Of a stretch of DNA of 64,000 nucleotides, positions 1 to 17,600 are shown one piece after another; positions within the stretch are counted from its first letter, which is position 1; each line of letters opens with the position of its first letter. The translations under genes were made by a program, and so were the position numbers. The DNA is taken from assembly GCA_000004695.1 (NCBI GenBank), contig CM000152.2, forward strand, positions 1,600,001-1,664,000. Reading direction: 5' to 3'. The notes under the pieces were generated by a model that saw nothing but the letters and a program-made list of their open reading frames with translations, made no database searches and had not been told where the DNA came from. This DNA comes from Dictyostelium discoideum (lineage: Eukaryota).

Positions 1-602
1 AACCACAATTCATCATCCAATCAGCCGGCGAGTTTTTCAATGTTGACCAACTTTTGGAATGTGAATGCAAAATGTTAAAAACTTTAAATTTTTCACTTTG
101 CACTCCAACCATCAAATTCTTTTTGGGTAGATATTTAATTGCCGTAGGTGATTCAGATATTTCTCATGTTGCTCACGTAAGTTTCCTATTAGAAGAGAAA
201 AAAAAAAAAAGAAAAAAAAAAAATTGCAATTCCATACTAATTTTTATTTTTATTTATTTATTTTTTTTTTAGTTATTTGGAGAATTATCATTATTAGAGT
301 ATAATTTGATTAATTATCCACCATCAGTAATTGCAGCAGCATGCGTTTATTTGGCATGTTTAGTTTTACAAAAGCAATGGACCACAACTTTAACCTATTA
401 TTGCAGAGTTGAAGTTAATGATATTTACTTTCAAAAATGTGTTAGATTCATCTATGATAAATTTCAATCGAATGAATCAGAGACTTATTCTCGTACAATT
501 AAAAGTAAATATGCTTATGTATTTGATATATTTAACAAGTATAGTTCAAATCAATCCTCAAGTGCTCCATTTTGTAACAAACAACAATTGATCTATAGTT
601 AG
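1..602 (+). CDS. A/B-type cyclin, C-terminal part; the 5' end lies outside the window. Exons are 1..176 and 273..602 (frame from nt 3).
   Basis: The reading frame is open from nt 3 (PQFIIQSAGEFFNVDQLLECECKMLKTLNFSLCTPTIKFFLGRYLIAVGDSDISHVAHV). A 96-nt AT-rich intron (GTAAGT at 177, polypyrimidine then AG at 271-272) keeps the frame. Exon 2 LFGELSLLEYNLINYPPSVIAAACVYLACLVLQKQW matches the second cyclin fold (PPSxIAAAA..LA) of cyclin A/B. Confidence 0.7.
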
Positions 603-1130
603 ATTAATTTCAACTATATTATCAATTGGATTTATGCCAAATAGTAATTAAGAATAGAATAATTTCATTTTTATATAATATTTACACACTTTTTTTAATC
701 AAAACAAAAACAAGAAAAAAAAAAAACAAAAAAAAAAAAAAACAAAAAAAAAAAAACAAAACAAGAAAAAAAAAATTAACAAGAGATTAATTTTCTTTTT
801 ATTAAATAAACTTTTAAATATTATAAACAACCTTTGTTGTTTGTTTATAAATATTTTTTTTTTTTAAAAAAAAAAAAACTATAATTAACAATTTTTAACT
901 TTCAAAATGTTTAGTTTATTTTTTGAAATTATGAAACTATAGTATTTTTATAAATCTTTTTTTTTTTTTTATTTTAAACGTTTCCTTTCAAAATTTTTAA
1001 AAATTAAAGGATAACCATCACTGAAAATAGTATTAAAAAAATCAATTCCTATAATTTTTTTTCTTTTTTTTTTAATTATATATACATTTATTTACAATAT
1101 TATTATTATTCTTCTTATTATTATGATAGA

Positions 1131-1668
1131 TTATTTAGAAGATGAAGGAGGGGGTAGTTTATAACTTGAATTATAATATTCATCTTCTAATTCTTTTAAC
1201 GATCTTGATAACTCTTCAGATATTAATTTAATTGATTTGTTGGTTCTTTCATTCTCTTTGTGAAAAACTAAATTTTGAATTCTAACTTCTTCAGCCATTG
1301 TTGAAAAATCATTTAAAATTAAATTTTGTTTTAATTCCTCTATAATCTTTAATAATCCTTCACCTGCATTTAACTATATATGTTTTTTTTTTTTTTTAAA
1401 AAAAGAATATTAATACTAATAATATTATTTCATAAACACAGTTATTTTTTAAAATACAAACCATATTAGAAGTTCTTGTTTCCATTTCATAAATTTCACT
1501 TGCATTTTTTAAAGGATCATTCACTTTTGAAATCTTTATAATATTATGATAATTTTCTAACAATTGCATAATTTTTGAATCAATTTGCTTTTGAAAGAAT
1601 TGTTGGTCTCTGAATAAAACTTCACCTCTAGTTTGGGGTGGTAATGAATTATTTCCACCAGTATTCAT
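1131..1668 (-). CDS. med22: Mediator complex subunit 22 (MED22/Surf5) homolog, 2 exons: 1668..1462 and 1373..1131.
   Basis: Exon 1 ends ...EIYEMETRTSNM and is followed by a GTTTGT donor and an 88-nt intron with acceptor TATATAG. Exon 2 reads LNAGEGLLKIIEELKQNLILNDFSTMAEEVRIQNL...LKELEDEYY. This is collinear with the MED22 signature [34 protein letters not shown]...ELEEEYY. The ORF track shows only exon 1. Confidence 0.6.
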
Positions 1669-1908
1669 TTTATATATTTTGATTGATATGATATTAATGA
1701 AAATAAAAAAAAAAAAAAAAATTTAAAAAAATGAAAAAAAAAAAAAAAGTTGAAAAAAAAAAAAAAAAAAAAAAAAAAGCTGGAAAAAAAAACAGGAAAA
1801 AAAAGTTGAATAAATTGAAAATCATTTCAACCAGCTTCTTGGTAAATTGATTTTTTTTTTATATTTTATTTTATTTTATTTTATTTTTTTTTAATCATTT
1901 TATTTATA

Positions 1909-1962
<54 letters not shown>

Positions 1963-1964
1963 AT

Positions 1965-4051
1965 TTATTGTAAACTTGCTAATTCCATTTTAGTATTAAT
2001 GAATTTTTGTTCTAAAATGGTGTAATCATTTTCCATTATTTTCTTTTCAGATTTTAATTTTTCGATTTGATCCAATAAGCCTTTGATATAGTCATCTCTC
2101 TCTTGTTCAGCGAGTACAGTTTGAGTGAGAGTGGTTGTTTTCTTTATTAATTCTTCTTCAATATTTTTATAGGCCTGAGCGTTTACTCTTCTATTGGTAT
2201 CAGTAATTTTAATAATACCTTTTGGTTGATAAGAATGATCAATAGTGAAATCATTTAAAATACCACCATAGGAAGGATCTAAAGTTTTTGAAGATTTTTC
2301 ACCCAATAAAATTTCACAATTACCAAGTTCAACACCCCATTTAATGTTCATATTTACCTTTTTAATACTTTTTTGGATATTCTTGATCTTTCCTCTCTTT
2401 CTCTCTACCAAACCAACGACTTTTGTAATGAAATTTTTAATATCGGGCATTTTAATTTTCTTTCCAAAAGTTTTTGACTTGAGTGGTTTTTTAAAACCTG
2501 GTGGATATCTCTTTTTCATCACTCTAACTTGAGTACCTTGAAGTTTAACCCAAACATCGGTAACCCAATCATCAATTTCTTTATCGATTAATACTGATTG
2601 TTTAGCTACATCTTTTTGATGTCTTCTTTTGTAGGTGATTAATAAATTTGTATTATCTTGATTTGTGGCTGGTATTAATTCATCCTCTGGAATTGGTAAT
2701 GGTCTAAGTATGGTTGAGGTTGATAATTTTGGATGATCAATACCGTAGGCTTCAAAGGTACCAATCTTAAATACAATAGTTTGACCAATATCATTATTTT
2801 GTAAAATAATACCCATTGATTGAACTTTAATTTGACTTAAAATATCACCACCACCACCACTACCACCACTACCACTATTGTTTACATTTTTATTGATAAT
2901 TTCATCAGGTATAATCGATGTTTTTGCTAAACCACCAATAATTGTATCAATAACACCACCAATAATTTGAGTTGGAGGTGGTGGTTGATCATTTGATGCT
3001 GATGAAATTGGTGAATCTAATGAAATTGTTTCATTTGTAAAGGAATCATCATCTTGCTGTTGTTGCTGTTGTTGTTGATTATTTTCTTCATGAACATCAT
3101 TATCATGTTTTTCTTTTGGTTCTAAAAGATGTTGAAGTGGTAAATGGAAATCCCCATTTTGAATTGAGATATAAGAAGTCCAAAAATATTGTTGTAAAGT
3201 TTTCTCAACCTTATTCTTTATGGTTAAAGTTTTATCCAATTTCTTTTGTTCCAATGATTTTAATCTTTTCTTTGCCTCTTTAGAGATTCTGGATTTCAAT
3301 AGATTTTTTAATTTCTTTGGTGATAAATATTTATTTGCAACGAAATCCAATAACTCTGAATGTTGTGAAGTCAATTTGAAATTGAAATCTGAAGAGATCA
3401 ATGATAAATCAATCTTTGGTATTCTTTTATTGTTTGCCAATAGATGATCATGAGATCTTGAGATACGAGTGAATAAACTAATGGTTGCAGGCTCTAAAAT
3501 GGTAGTGATTGTATTATCATGATCAACATCAATGACTCTCAATGAAACATTCTCCATTTGAAATGAGAACCTATGATCTAAACCAAATTGTGAAATTATA
3601 TCTTGTGGAGCTATTGGTGTGGTGTTATTGATATTATTAGTTGTCATATTAATTAATTGAATACCATCCATTAAGAAAGGAACTGTCTTCCAATCACTAT
3701 GATTACACATTACAAATGATTGTAAATTAATTTGTAGTCTTAAACCTCTAAATGATTCATCAACATTTTCTCTCTCCTCTGGTAATATCAATTGAGTATT
3801 GGTTGCCTTTAAAATTATCTTTATTTGACTCTTCCAATTATTTGATAATTTTAATTTTCTCTTAAATGTATTAATTTTCTTTTTACTTTTTTCAATTACT
3901 GATTTTTTATTTTCATCATTATTAATTTTATCTGATGTATCTTTTTCAATTTTTTCATTTTCATTTATATTATTATTATTATCAATACTATTATTATTAA
4001 TATTTTCATCGGTTGGTTTTTTACTATTATTATTATTATTATTATTATTAC

Positions 4052-4114
<63 letters not shown>

Positions 4115-5062
4115 TGGTATTATTATCGATATCATTTGTTGTTAATGGAATAGTGTCAATTGGTGAAGTAATTGTGACAATATTTTTTGTTGGTGATAAT
4201 TTTTGAATAGCACTATTGTCAATATTATTACCATTTAAATCAGAATGACCATCTAAATCTAAAGTACGATTATGATAATCATTTATTGAACCAGATTCAG
4301 AATCTAAATCAGATTCATTATCAGATTCAGGTGGCATTAAATAAGAGATTAAAGTTTTCCAAACTTTTCTATCACCATAAAGTTTTAAATCATTTAAACT
4401 AATGTTTGATTCTAAACCAATTAAAGGTGGACCTTGTAAATTTGAAAGTGGATCGATTTCATTGGTTTGAGGTGAAGTTGAGTTACTGCTGCTACGATTT
4501 GTAATTGGTCTTCTAAACATTAGATTACCTTTTAGTAAACATTGACCTGAATAACTATTTATATTGATTCTAGCTGGCATTGAATCTGAAGATATCGATG
4601 TAATGGATTTATTATATTTCTTTGTTTGTTCAATATTTGTATTACACAGTTCATTCTTTATTAAACCTGAAGAGAATGATGCAACCTCTTGAATATTCAA
4701 TGTATTAAATAAAACTGATAGGATAGTTTCACGAATTGGTAATTGATAAAAAGTAGTATTGGTTTCACGATTAATTGGTTTAAATATTGTATTGGCTGAT
4801 GTGAATCCAAAATGTAATCCTTCACCTTTAAATCTAAATCCTGAATCTTGTTGTGCAAAATTATCCATCAATTCTAATTGATATCTTTCAATATGAAATT
4901 CATATGAAAAATCTGAATGTTTTGGTGGTGGTGGTGAATCATCATTAATATCACCTCCACTACCACCACCACTCATACCATTACTACCAACATTAATTGG
5001 TGGTGTTAATGATCCATTTGTTGCTGCTGTTATACCATTTGCATTATTATTATTACTATTAC

Positions 5063-5096
<34 letters not shown>

Positions 5097-6195
5097 TGTC
5101 GATGTTGAGGGTGATGATACAGTTGTAGTTGTTGGTGAAGTTGTAGTATTAGAGAAAGCACCTGCAGTACTTTGTGAAATTGGTGTAACATTTAATGGTG
5201 TTAAATTACTTGTAGATGATAAATCTGATTTACTTAATTGTTGACCATTACTATCTGTTATTGATGTTGATGATGATGATTTATCTTTTTTCTTACTTGA
5301 AAATGATAAAGAAGATTTTAATTTCTTTCTATAAGATTCAAATGGTTGTTGTGAAGATGGTGAAGAAGCTGGTATAGCTCTTGCAAGAGTTGCTTGGAAA
5401 TTATTAATTAAATCACTAAGTGAATGATATTCTGATAAGGTCCATTTCAAATCCAATTGTTTAAAGAGTACTTCAATCTTTGCTGATATTTGAATCCAAT
5501 CTTTTATTCTACGTTTTGAAGAATACAATACTTTCAATGGCATATTCTCAAGAAGTGTTTTTGACATACCACCAATATCTTGAATCTTTATTGTGATTGA
5601 TTTGGCTGTAATTAACTTGTGTAATGATTCAACACCATGTTCTTTATCCACTGCTTTAATTTGACTTAAATCACCTGGTTGAAAATTTGAATTGGTCGAT
5701 TGTATCAATATATCATTAATTTCAATCATTAATCCATCACCATTTAAACTAGCTATATTTAATTTCAATTTCTTTACTTCAATTTGTAAATTCTCTGTAA
5801 TTTCATTTCTTTTCTTTTCTTTATTTTTATTTTTAATTCTAAATATATATAAATAATTTTATTATTATTCTAATATAAAATTAAAAAAAAAAAAAAAAAA
5901 ATATAAATATAAAAAATACTTACTTTTTTAATTGTGAATGAAATGGTTGAATTTCTTCAGGTTCTCTTAAATTTAATGAAATGGTTTGAAGAGAAATTAC
6001 AATTGGTTCTTTTTTAAAACTAGTCCATGGTATTTTAGCTGATAGACTATCACAAGATGCATTTACAATTTGGAATTGTGGTGGAATTAATAATAATTCT
6101 TGTATAATTACTTCATTTAAATCTGAGGAAATAATAAAAATAATAATAGTATTAGTAGTAATTAAAAAAAAAAAAAACTATTATTTCCTATGAGG

Positions 6196-6231
<36 letters not shown>

Positions 6232-6352
6232 TACCTAAATCCACCAAAGTTCCTTCTCCTTTCATTAAGGACATTGAAAAATTATCAGATTTGAAATTTT
6301 TTATAAACATTTTGAAGTACTTTTTAAGTACTTTTGATACAATTGCTTCCAT
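1965..6352 (-). CDS. Chorein-N domain bridge-like lipid-transfer protein (VPS13/ATG2/SHIP164-BLTP3 superfamily), about 1395 aa, 3 exons: 6352..6235, 6122..5924 and 5838..1965.
   Basis: Exon 1 MEAIVSKVLKKYFKMFIKNFKSDNFSMSLMKGEGTLVDL ends at a GTAAGT donor in phase 1. Exon 2 DLNEVIIQELLLIPPQFQIVNASCDSLSAKIPWTSFKKEPIVISLQTISLNL is the canonical chorein-N motif (IPW...P.V..L). Its GTAAGTA donor is in phase 2, and the TTTAG acceptor at 5840-5839 joins in frame to the 1267-aa ORF. The M at 5768 in the ORF track is a TTG inside exon 3, so the track misses exons 1 and 2. The C-terminus is a coiled coil. Confidence 0.7.
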
Positions 6353-6756
6353 TTTATTATTATTATTGTTATTTTTTTTTTTTTTTTTTTTTTTTTTTAT
6401 TATATTATAAATATCTAGTTTTTATATATTAATATTATTAATAAATAATTTTAAAAAAAAAAAAAATAAAAAACTATAATATTCCACAGTAATTCAAATT
6501 CTTTTATTATATTTAATTTAAAAATAAAATATTTTGTAAAAGTACAACAATTATTAATACTATAGTAAAAAAAAAGTGTGTTTGTATTTTTTTTTTTTTT
6601 TTATTTATTTGTAGAACACAAGATTAATTTTTTTTTTTTTTTTTAAATTTTTAATTTTTTTTTTATTTTTTTATTTTTTATTTTATTTTATTTTTTATTT
6701 TTTTTTTTATTGCTAAAAATGAACACACCTACGTGGGTTATAATAAAAACTTTTTC

Positions 6757-6792
<36 letters not shown>

Positions 6793-7167
6793 ATTTCATA
6801 TCCCAAACCCCTACCATTTTTTCTCGTTTTTATTTAAAACACATGTTTTGTTTTATTTCGTTTTTTTTTTTTTTTTATAAAAATTAACCAATTTTGCTTT
6901 TTCTAGTATTATTTAGTTATAATATACTTTAATTAGTTTTTATTTTTTATAGGTTATGAATAATGATTTATGGGAAAAGTGAAATGAATAATTTCAAAAG
7001 GACAAATATGGTTAGTTTTAATTGTTAAAAGGTTAATTATTATTGAAAATGGTCGATTAATCAAGTTTAAATCAATTTCATTGGTGGTATTTATAATTTT
7101 CACAAGAAAATAAAATTAAATAAAAAAAAAAGAAAAATAAAAAATCAAAAAATTAAATAAAAAGAAA

Positions 7168-7208
<41 letters not shown>

Positions 7209-8910
7209 AAAACAAAAAATCAAGTCGAAAAAAAAAAAAATGAATCAAATTAAATTATACATATGGTGATTCTATTAAAATCCAGGAAAAGAAAAAAAAA
7301 AAAAAAAATTTTAATTAATTTCATACACAAATTTAAATAATTCAAAAAGAAGTATAATTCGTAAATGGTATTGTATCTTTTTTCCACACAAAAGATAGAA
7401 TTTTAGAATTTTTGAAAAAAAAAAGAACAAAAATCGACATCAAATTAGTGGTAAGAGAATATGGCATTGTTCATATCTCTTTCTCCCCTGTCTCCTCCCC
7501 CCCTTCACAATTAGTTAATTGTTTGCGTGTGTGTGTATTTGTTGTTTGTTCCACATCTCCACATAATCATCAATCAATTAATTAATTGTTTTGTTATTAT
7601 CTTATAATAGAGTATTGTTTTTTTGTTCTATTTATTTTTTCAATATTATTTATTATTTATTAATAAATTTTTTTAAAAAAAAATAATTGCACCACATTTG
7701 TATCAGTTTTATATCTTTTTTTTTAAAATTTTCACTATTTATACAAAAATTTTATCAGTCAATAATTTTTGATCTATCTTTTTTATATTTAAATTTTTCT
7801 TTTTTTATTTTTTTTATTCCATTTTTTTTTTAATCATTTTTATTCTCAAATAATTTATATTTATTTGTTTTTAGTTTTAGTTTTTTTTTTTTTTTGTCCT
7901 ATATATGTATTTTTTTTTTTTTTTTAATTATTAGTATTTTTATTTTTGTTTTTAAAATTTTTTTAAATTTCCACTTTTTTCCAAAAATTATTTTTAATTG
8001 TTTTGTGAATTTTAAAATCAATAATTTGGATTATTATTATTTTAAAAAAAAAAAATTAAAAAATAAAAAAACTCACAATTTGTAAATTGTTTGGAAGGAA
8101 TTGATTTATTAGGGTCGAGAATCACCTTTTTTGTTGATGAATATTAATTTTATAATGGTTTTGTTTGTATCCCAAATAAAACAATCTTGTAAAATTAATA
8201 TTCTTTATCTCTGTTTTTCCTTTTCTTTTCCATATTTCCAACTAAGCTCAATTTGTCTTGTTTTTATTTCTTTTTTTTTTTTTTTTTTTTTTTTATAAAA
8301 TAATAAACATTTTATAATTTTTGAATTTCAGCAACAATGTTTTTATTTTTTTATTCAAAATTCATCTTCAAGAAAAACATTTCCTTTAAGTGATTGGTCT
8401 ATCAATTCCTATCTTTCCAAAAGAAATCCTTTTTTCAAATAATCAATTCAAATTTCCAATTCAAGTATTTTCAATTCGTATTATTTAAAATATTTAAAAG
8501 TATGTACATATTATTATTTATTATTATTATTTTTATTTTTTATTTTTTGGGGGTTGGTTTTAATTTCTGGATTTCAAGAATTAAGGTTAGTTTTTAAATT
8601 AAGTGTATTAAAAAAAAAGTAAAATAATAAAAAAAATAATAAAAAATAAAAATGAACAATATTTTAGTAATTTACATTATATAAAGATCGAACTTTAAGT
8701 TTTATATATTTTTTTTTATTTTCATTTTTTTTTTTTTTTTATTTTTATTTTATTTTTTTTTTTTAATTAAAAAAAAAAAAAGGTTTACTGATATTTAACT
8801 TGATGGGTTTCATTTGGGTCGCTAAAAATAGAGTAAAAAAAATAAAAAGAGTCAGTTTCTTTCTTTTTTTTTTTTTTTATTTATTTCTTTTAAAAAATAT
8901 GTTTTGATAC

Positions 8911-13036
<4,126 letters not shown>

Positions 13037-13247
13037 TTGTATGGAAATTTATAACCCAATTAAAAATTATAAATAACAAATAAACACATATATTTATTTA
13101 TTTCAAATTCTAAGTATTTGGGGCTTAATTTTATTAATAAATAAATAAAAATAAAAAAATAAAAAAAAAAAAAAAAGGAAAAAATTAAAAAATAAAATTA
13201 AAGGCTTTTTTTTTTAAAAAAAAATTAAAAAATAAAATTAAAGGCTT

Positions 13248-13279
<32 letters not shown>

Positions 13280-13621
13280 TTTATCTTTTTTTTTTTTTTA
13301 TTTTTTTTTGTTTTTGTTTTGAAAACAATAAATACCCCTTTAAAAAAAAAAAAAAAAAAAAGTTAAAGAGAGATCTTTTTTTCAAAATCATAATAATAAT
13401 TTAAAACAAGTAATTTAATCTCATTGTTTTTTTTTTTTTTTTTTTTTTTTTTTTTCTTATTATTATTATTATTGTTATTATTATTATTTTTATTATTATC
13501 AATTTTCCAATAGCACAAATATATTTATATATATATAATATTGTAATAATAGTAACTGTAAAAATAAATCAAGATAAAATAGGTAATTAGCAATAATACC
13601 CAATAATAAAAGAACTAAAGA

Positions 13622-13688
13622 ATGAGTCAAAGTGAAGATTACTCTACAGAGAGTCAAAAAAAAGTGTAATTATAATAAACATTTATAA

Positions 13689-13719
<31 letters not shown>

Positions 13720-13732
13720 CTCTCTCGCACCA

Positions 13733-13763
<31 letters not shown>

Positions 13764-14302
13764 CTCGATATTGTTTTTTTTTATTATTTATATTTGTTTA
13801 CTATTATTTTATGTAACTAACTGTTATTTTTTTTTTTAAAAAAAAAAAATTTACGTAAAAAAAAAAAAAAAAAAAAAAAAAATAATAATAAATAAAAAAC
13901 CAACAACTAAAACAGATATACAATTTGGGCAAATAATATTTTAAATAAAAGAAGTTTACATATTTCAGATTTATTTGAAGATTTAAGAGATGGTGTTTAT
14001 TTAATAAACATATTAGAGATATTAACCTCTGAAAAGTCTGAAAACTATATTGTCAAACCAAAGAATAGATTACAACAATTATCAAATGTTCAATTAGCAT
14101 TAAACGTTATTGATAGATGGGGTATTAGTTTAGTTAATTGTAGACCAGAACATTTAGTTGATAAAAATAGTAAAATGATTCTAAGTTTAATTTGGAGATT
14201 AATTTCAAAATTTCAAATTCAACAATTTTTAACTGATGAAGATTTTGGTTTATATGATAATAGTACTAGTAGTGGTAGTGGTGGTAGTAGTAGTGGTAGT
14301 AG

Positions 14303-14368
<66 letters not shown>

Positions 14369-17300
14369 TCATCCAACAGAATTAATTAGATCATTTTCAG
14401 GTATGATACCAAATGTTTCATCAAGAACATCAACAAGTATTAGTAAACCAACAGTAACAGCAAAGGAAGCATTATTGAGATGGTGTAGACGTGAGATTGA
14501 GTCATATACCAATGCAACTAGTATAACGAATTTCAGTAAATCATTTCAAAGTCCACAATTATTCTATTGTTTAGTTCATAAATATTGTCCAGAGAGTATT
14601 GGTAATTTAGAGAGTATTTCGAAACAAGATGAAGTTGATGCGTTAAATAAATGTTTTGATATTGCAGAGAAACAATTAGGTATTCCAAAGTTTTTAACAC
14701 CTCAAAATATCATTGAAGGTCCAATCGATGAATATTGTGTTATGACTTATATTTCTTATTTTTTAAATTATCATAGAAATCAATTACAACCACTACCATC
14801 ATTACAACATTCAATTTCAACTAATTCAACCACTGCCACCACCACTACATTCACAAAAGGTCATCAAAGAGTATCTAGCACAGGTTCAAATAATTCAAAT
14901 GCCTCAACAATTAGTAATGATTTAAATGTATTATCATCAACTGTATCAATATCATCATCATCAACTTCTACAACAGCAGCAGCACCAATAACATCATCAT
15001 TATCAACGTCATTTACAACAGCAGGTTTACCTTCAACTACATCATCATCATCAACAACCACAACAACATCAACTTCACTATCAATACCACCATCACAAGG
15101 TGTTAGTAAAAAGAGAGCATCAATATCAGTTAATACAAATGTTAGTAGTAGTAGTAGTAGTAGTAGCAGTAGTAGCAGTAGTGGTAGTAATAGTAATAGT
15201 AATGCTAGTGGATCAAAAACACCATCACTATTATCTACACCAGAGAAATTAGCATTTACTTCACCAATAAACTCACCTTCATTATTAAATGATAATAAAG
15301 TATCAACTTCACCAAGACCTCAACATAAACCACAACCACCATTATCACCACAACAACAACAACAACCAACTGTACAAAATTCACAACAACAACAACAAAT
15401 TATTGAAATTATAAATAACTTTGCATCAGAATTAAAGAAATTCTCTGAAAGACATGAGGGAATGTTAATTAAAACAGCGGCTATTTTAGATGAAAAAGTT
15501 AATAGATTAGGTGACAAATTAGATCAATTAGAAACGAAAATATCTTCAATGAAAAATGTAATCTCATCAATAACAGAAAATCATCAATGTTCTCATCACC
15601 ATCATAACCATAACCATAATCACAATCAGCAACAACAACAACAACAACAACAACAATACAGTGAAGTAAGTTCACCATATTCTGATAAGAGGATTCAATC
15701 ATTAGTGACCTCACCAATTTCATCACCATCATTAACACCAACCTCACCAATGACTCCACCACAAAATGGAACAAATACAACTACAACAACTACAACTACA
15801 ACTTCAACTTCAACTACAGTTCCAAGAAAAGAAACTCAACAAGAGAAAGAAGAAAGAAGAGAGAAAAGAAGAAGTAGAAGAAAAGAAAAAGAAGATAGAA
15901 GACAACAAAGAAATGCAACATTAAAAAATAATAATACCACCACCACAAATTTCTCTAGTGGTGGTGGTGGAGGAGGTATTGATCCACATGGTACATTAAC
16001 ACAATCATCATCATCATGTTCATTAGTTGATGAAGCACATGATCGTGAAGAGATTAAAAAGATTATAAAATCACAAGCATTGGTTAGAGGTTATTTAATT
16101 AGAAAACAATATAAACGTATAAAGAATCGTAGAGAAGTTGCCCAAGAGATCTTAAAGACCGAAGAAACCTATGTCAATAGTTTGACAGTGCTATTCAATG
16201 AATATCTAGTACCACTAAAGAATGAAAGTGCAGGTATATCATCAATCAGTGCAGACAATGTGAAAACATTGAATAACAACATCAATGTAATCTTAAATAT
16301 GAACAACATGCTTCTCAAGAAACTTCGTGAAAGAATGACAACACCATGGCATTATAGACAATTGTTTGGTGATATCTTTTTCAAGATGAGTGATCTCTTG
16401 AAATGTTATATCGCCTATGTCAATCACTACAATCGTGCCCTCTCCACTGTAAATGATTTCACCAAACATTCAGGATTGAACGAGATGATCAATGCAACCT
16501 TTTTAAGAACTCATCAACAATTGCGTGATCTTATCATTATACCAGTTCAAAGAATTCCAAGATATGTACTATTGTTGGAAGAAATGTGTAAAGTTACAGA
16601 GACCTCTCATCCTGATCATCAACAACTAAGTCAATCGTTAACAAAGATGCAATCGATAGCTGACCATGTAAATGAAAAACGTAGAGATTTTGAAAATGTT
16701 ATTCATGTCTCTCTTTTACAAGATGCTATCACTGGCTTCAATATTATGGAATACTCTTCACTACGTTATATTATGGAAGGTGACCTTCAAGCTCATATCA
16801 TGAGTGGTGGTAGTGGTTTTGGTACTGCTATCGCTGGCGTCGTTGGTAATGCTGTCTCTGGTACCAATGGTGGTGGTGGAAGTTCTGGTTCAAACAGCGG
16901 TAGTGGTGGTTCAAATTCAAACTCTGGCGGTGGTAGTGGTAGTGGTGATCTTGGTAAAGGTGTAACCACTCCATTACATGTATTTTTATTCAATCAAATG
17001 ATGGTGGTTTGTAAATATAAAAAGGGTAAAGATAGTTACTTCACCAATAAAACCCTCTTTGGTAATGTAAACAATGAAAAACATAAATCAAAACAACCAA
17101 AATATAAATATTTATCTCATCATCTTTTAACCTCAAATACAAAATTATCAAGTAATAAATCTGAAAGTAAGTAAATAATAATTCTAATAATAATAATAAA
17201 AAATAAAAAAAATAAATATATTAACAAAACTTTTTTTCTTTCCAAATTATTATTAGATTGGTTTGGTATTGATAATGGTTCAGATTATAAAAGATTTTTT

Positions 17301-17399
17301 GCAAGAACTGTTGCCGAAAAAGATATGTGGGTTCAACATATTCAACCATGCATTGATAAAGCCACCGAAATTAAAACACTCAAAGATAATAAGAAATAA
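13622..17399 (+). CDS. Rac guanine-nucleotide exchange factor with CH, IQ, DH and PH domains (same architecture as RacGEF1). Exons are 13622..13665, 13916..17166 and 17257..17399.
   Basis: Exon 1 MSQSEDYSTESQKK plus GT joins, via a GTAATT donor in phase 2, to exon 2 (V)YTIWANNILNKRSLHISDLFEDLRDGVYLINILEIL...LVNCRPEHLVDKNSKMILSLIWRLI. Together these form a complete calponin-homology domain (QKKxxTxWxN, DLxDG, LIW). The gene continues with an S/T-rich linker, a coiled coil, an IQ motif (IIKSQALVRGYLIRKQYKR) and a DH domain (EVAQEILKTEETYVNSLTVLFNEYLVPL...IPVQRIPRYVLLLEEM). A GTAAGT donor at 17167 and a 90-nt intron lead to the PH C-terminus WFGIDNGSDYKRFFARTVAEKDMWVQHIQ. Confidence 0.7.
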
Positions 17400-17462
17400 G
17401 TTATCCGGATTTTCATTAGAAATATCACATATTTATTTATAATAATTTAAATTTTAAAAAAG

Positions 17463-17496
<34 letters not shown>

Positions 17497-17568
17497 AAAT
17501 ATATTTAATAAAAAAAAAAAAAAAAGAAAATAAAATAAAAAATTTATATAATTTAACTTTTAAAGAAG

Positions 17569-17600
<32 letters not shown>

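Noticed and set aside
2344-3447. Small plus-strand ORFs (2344..2532, 3220..3447, and similar ones inside other large genes such as 28567..28845, 44918..45350, 49824..50108).
   Set aside because: They are antisense to well-supported large coding regions, low complexity, and lack homology.
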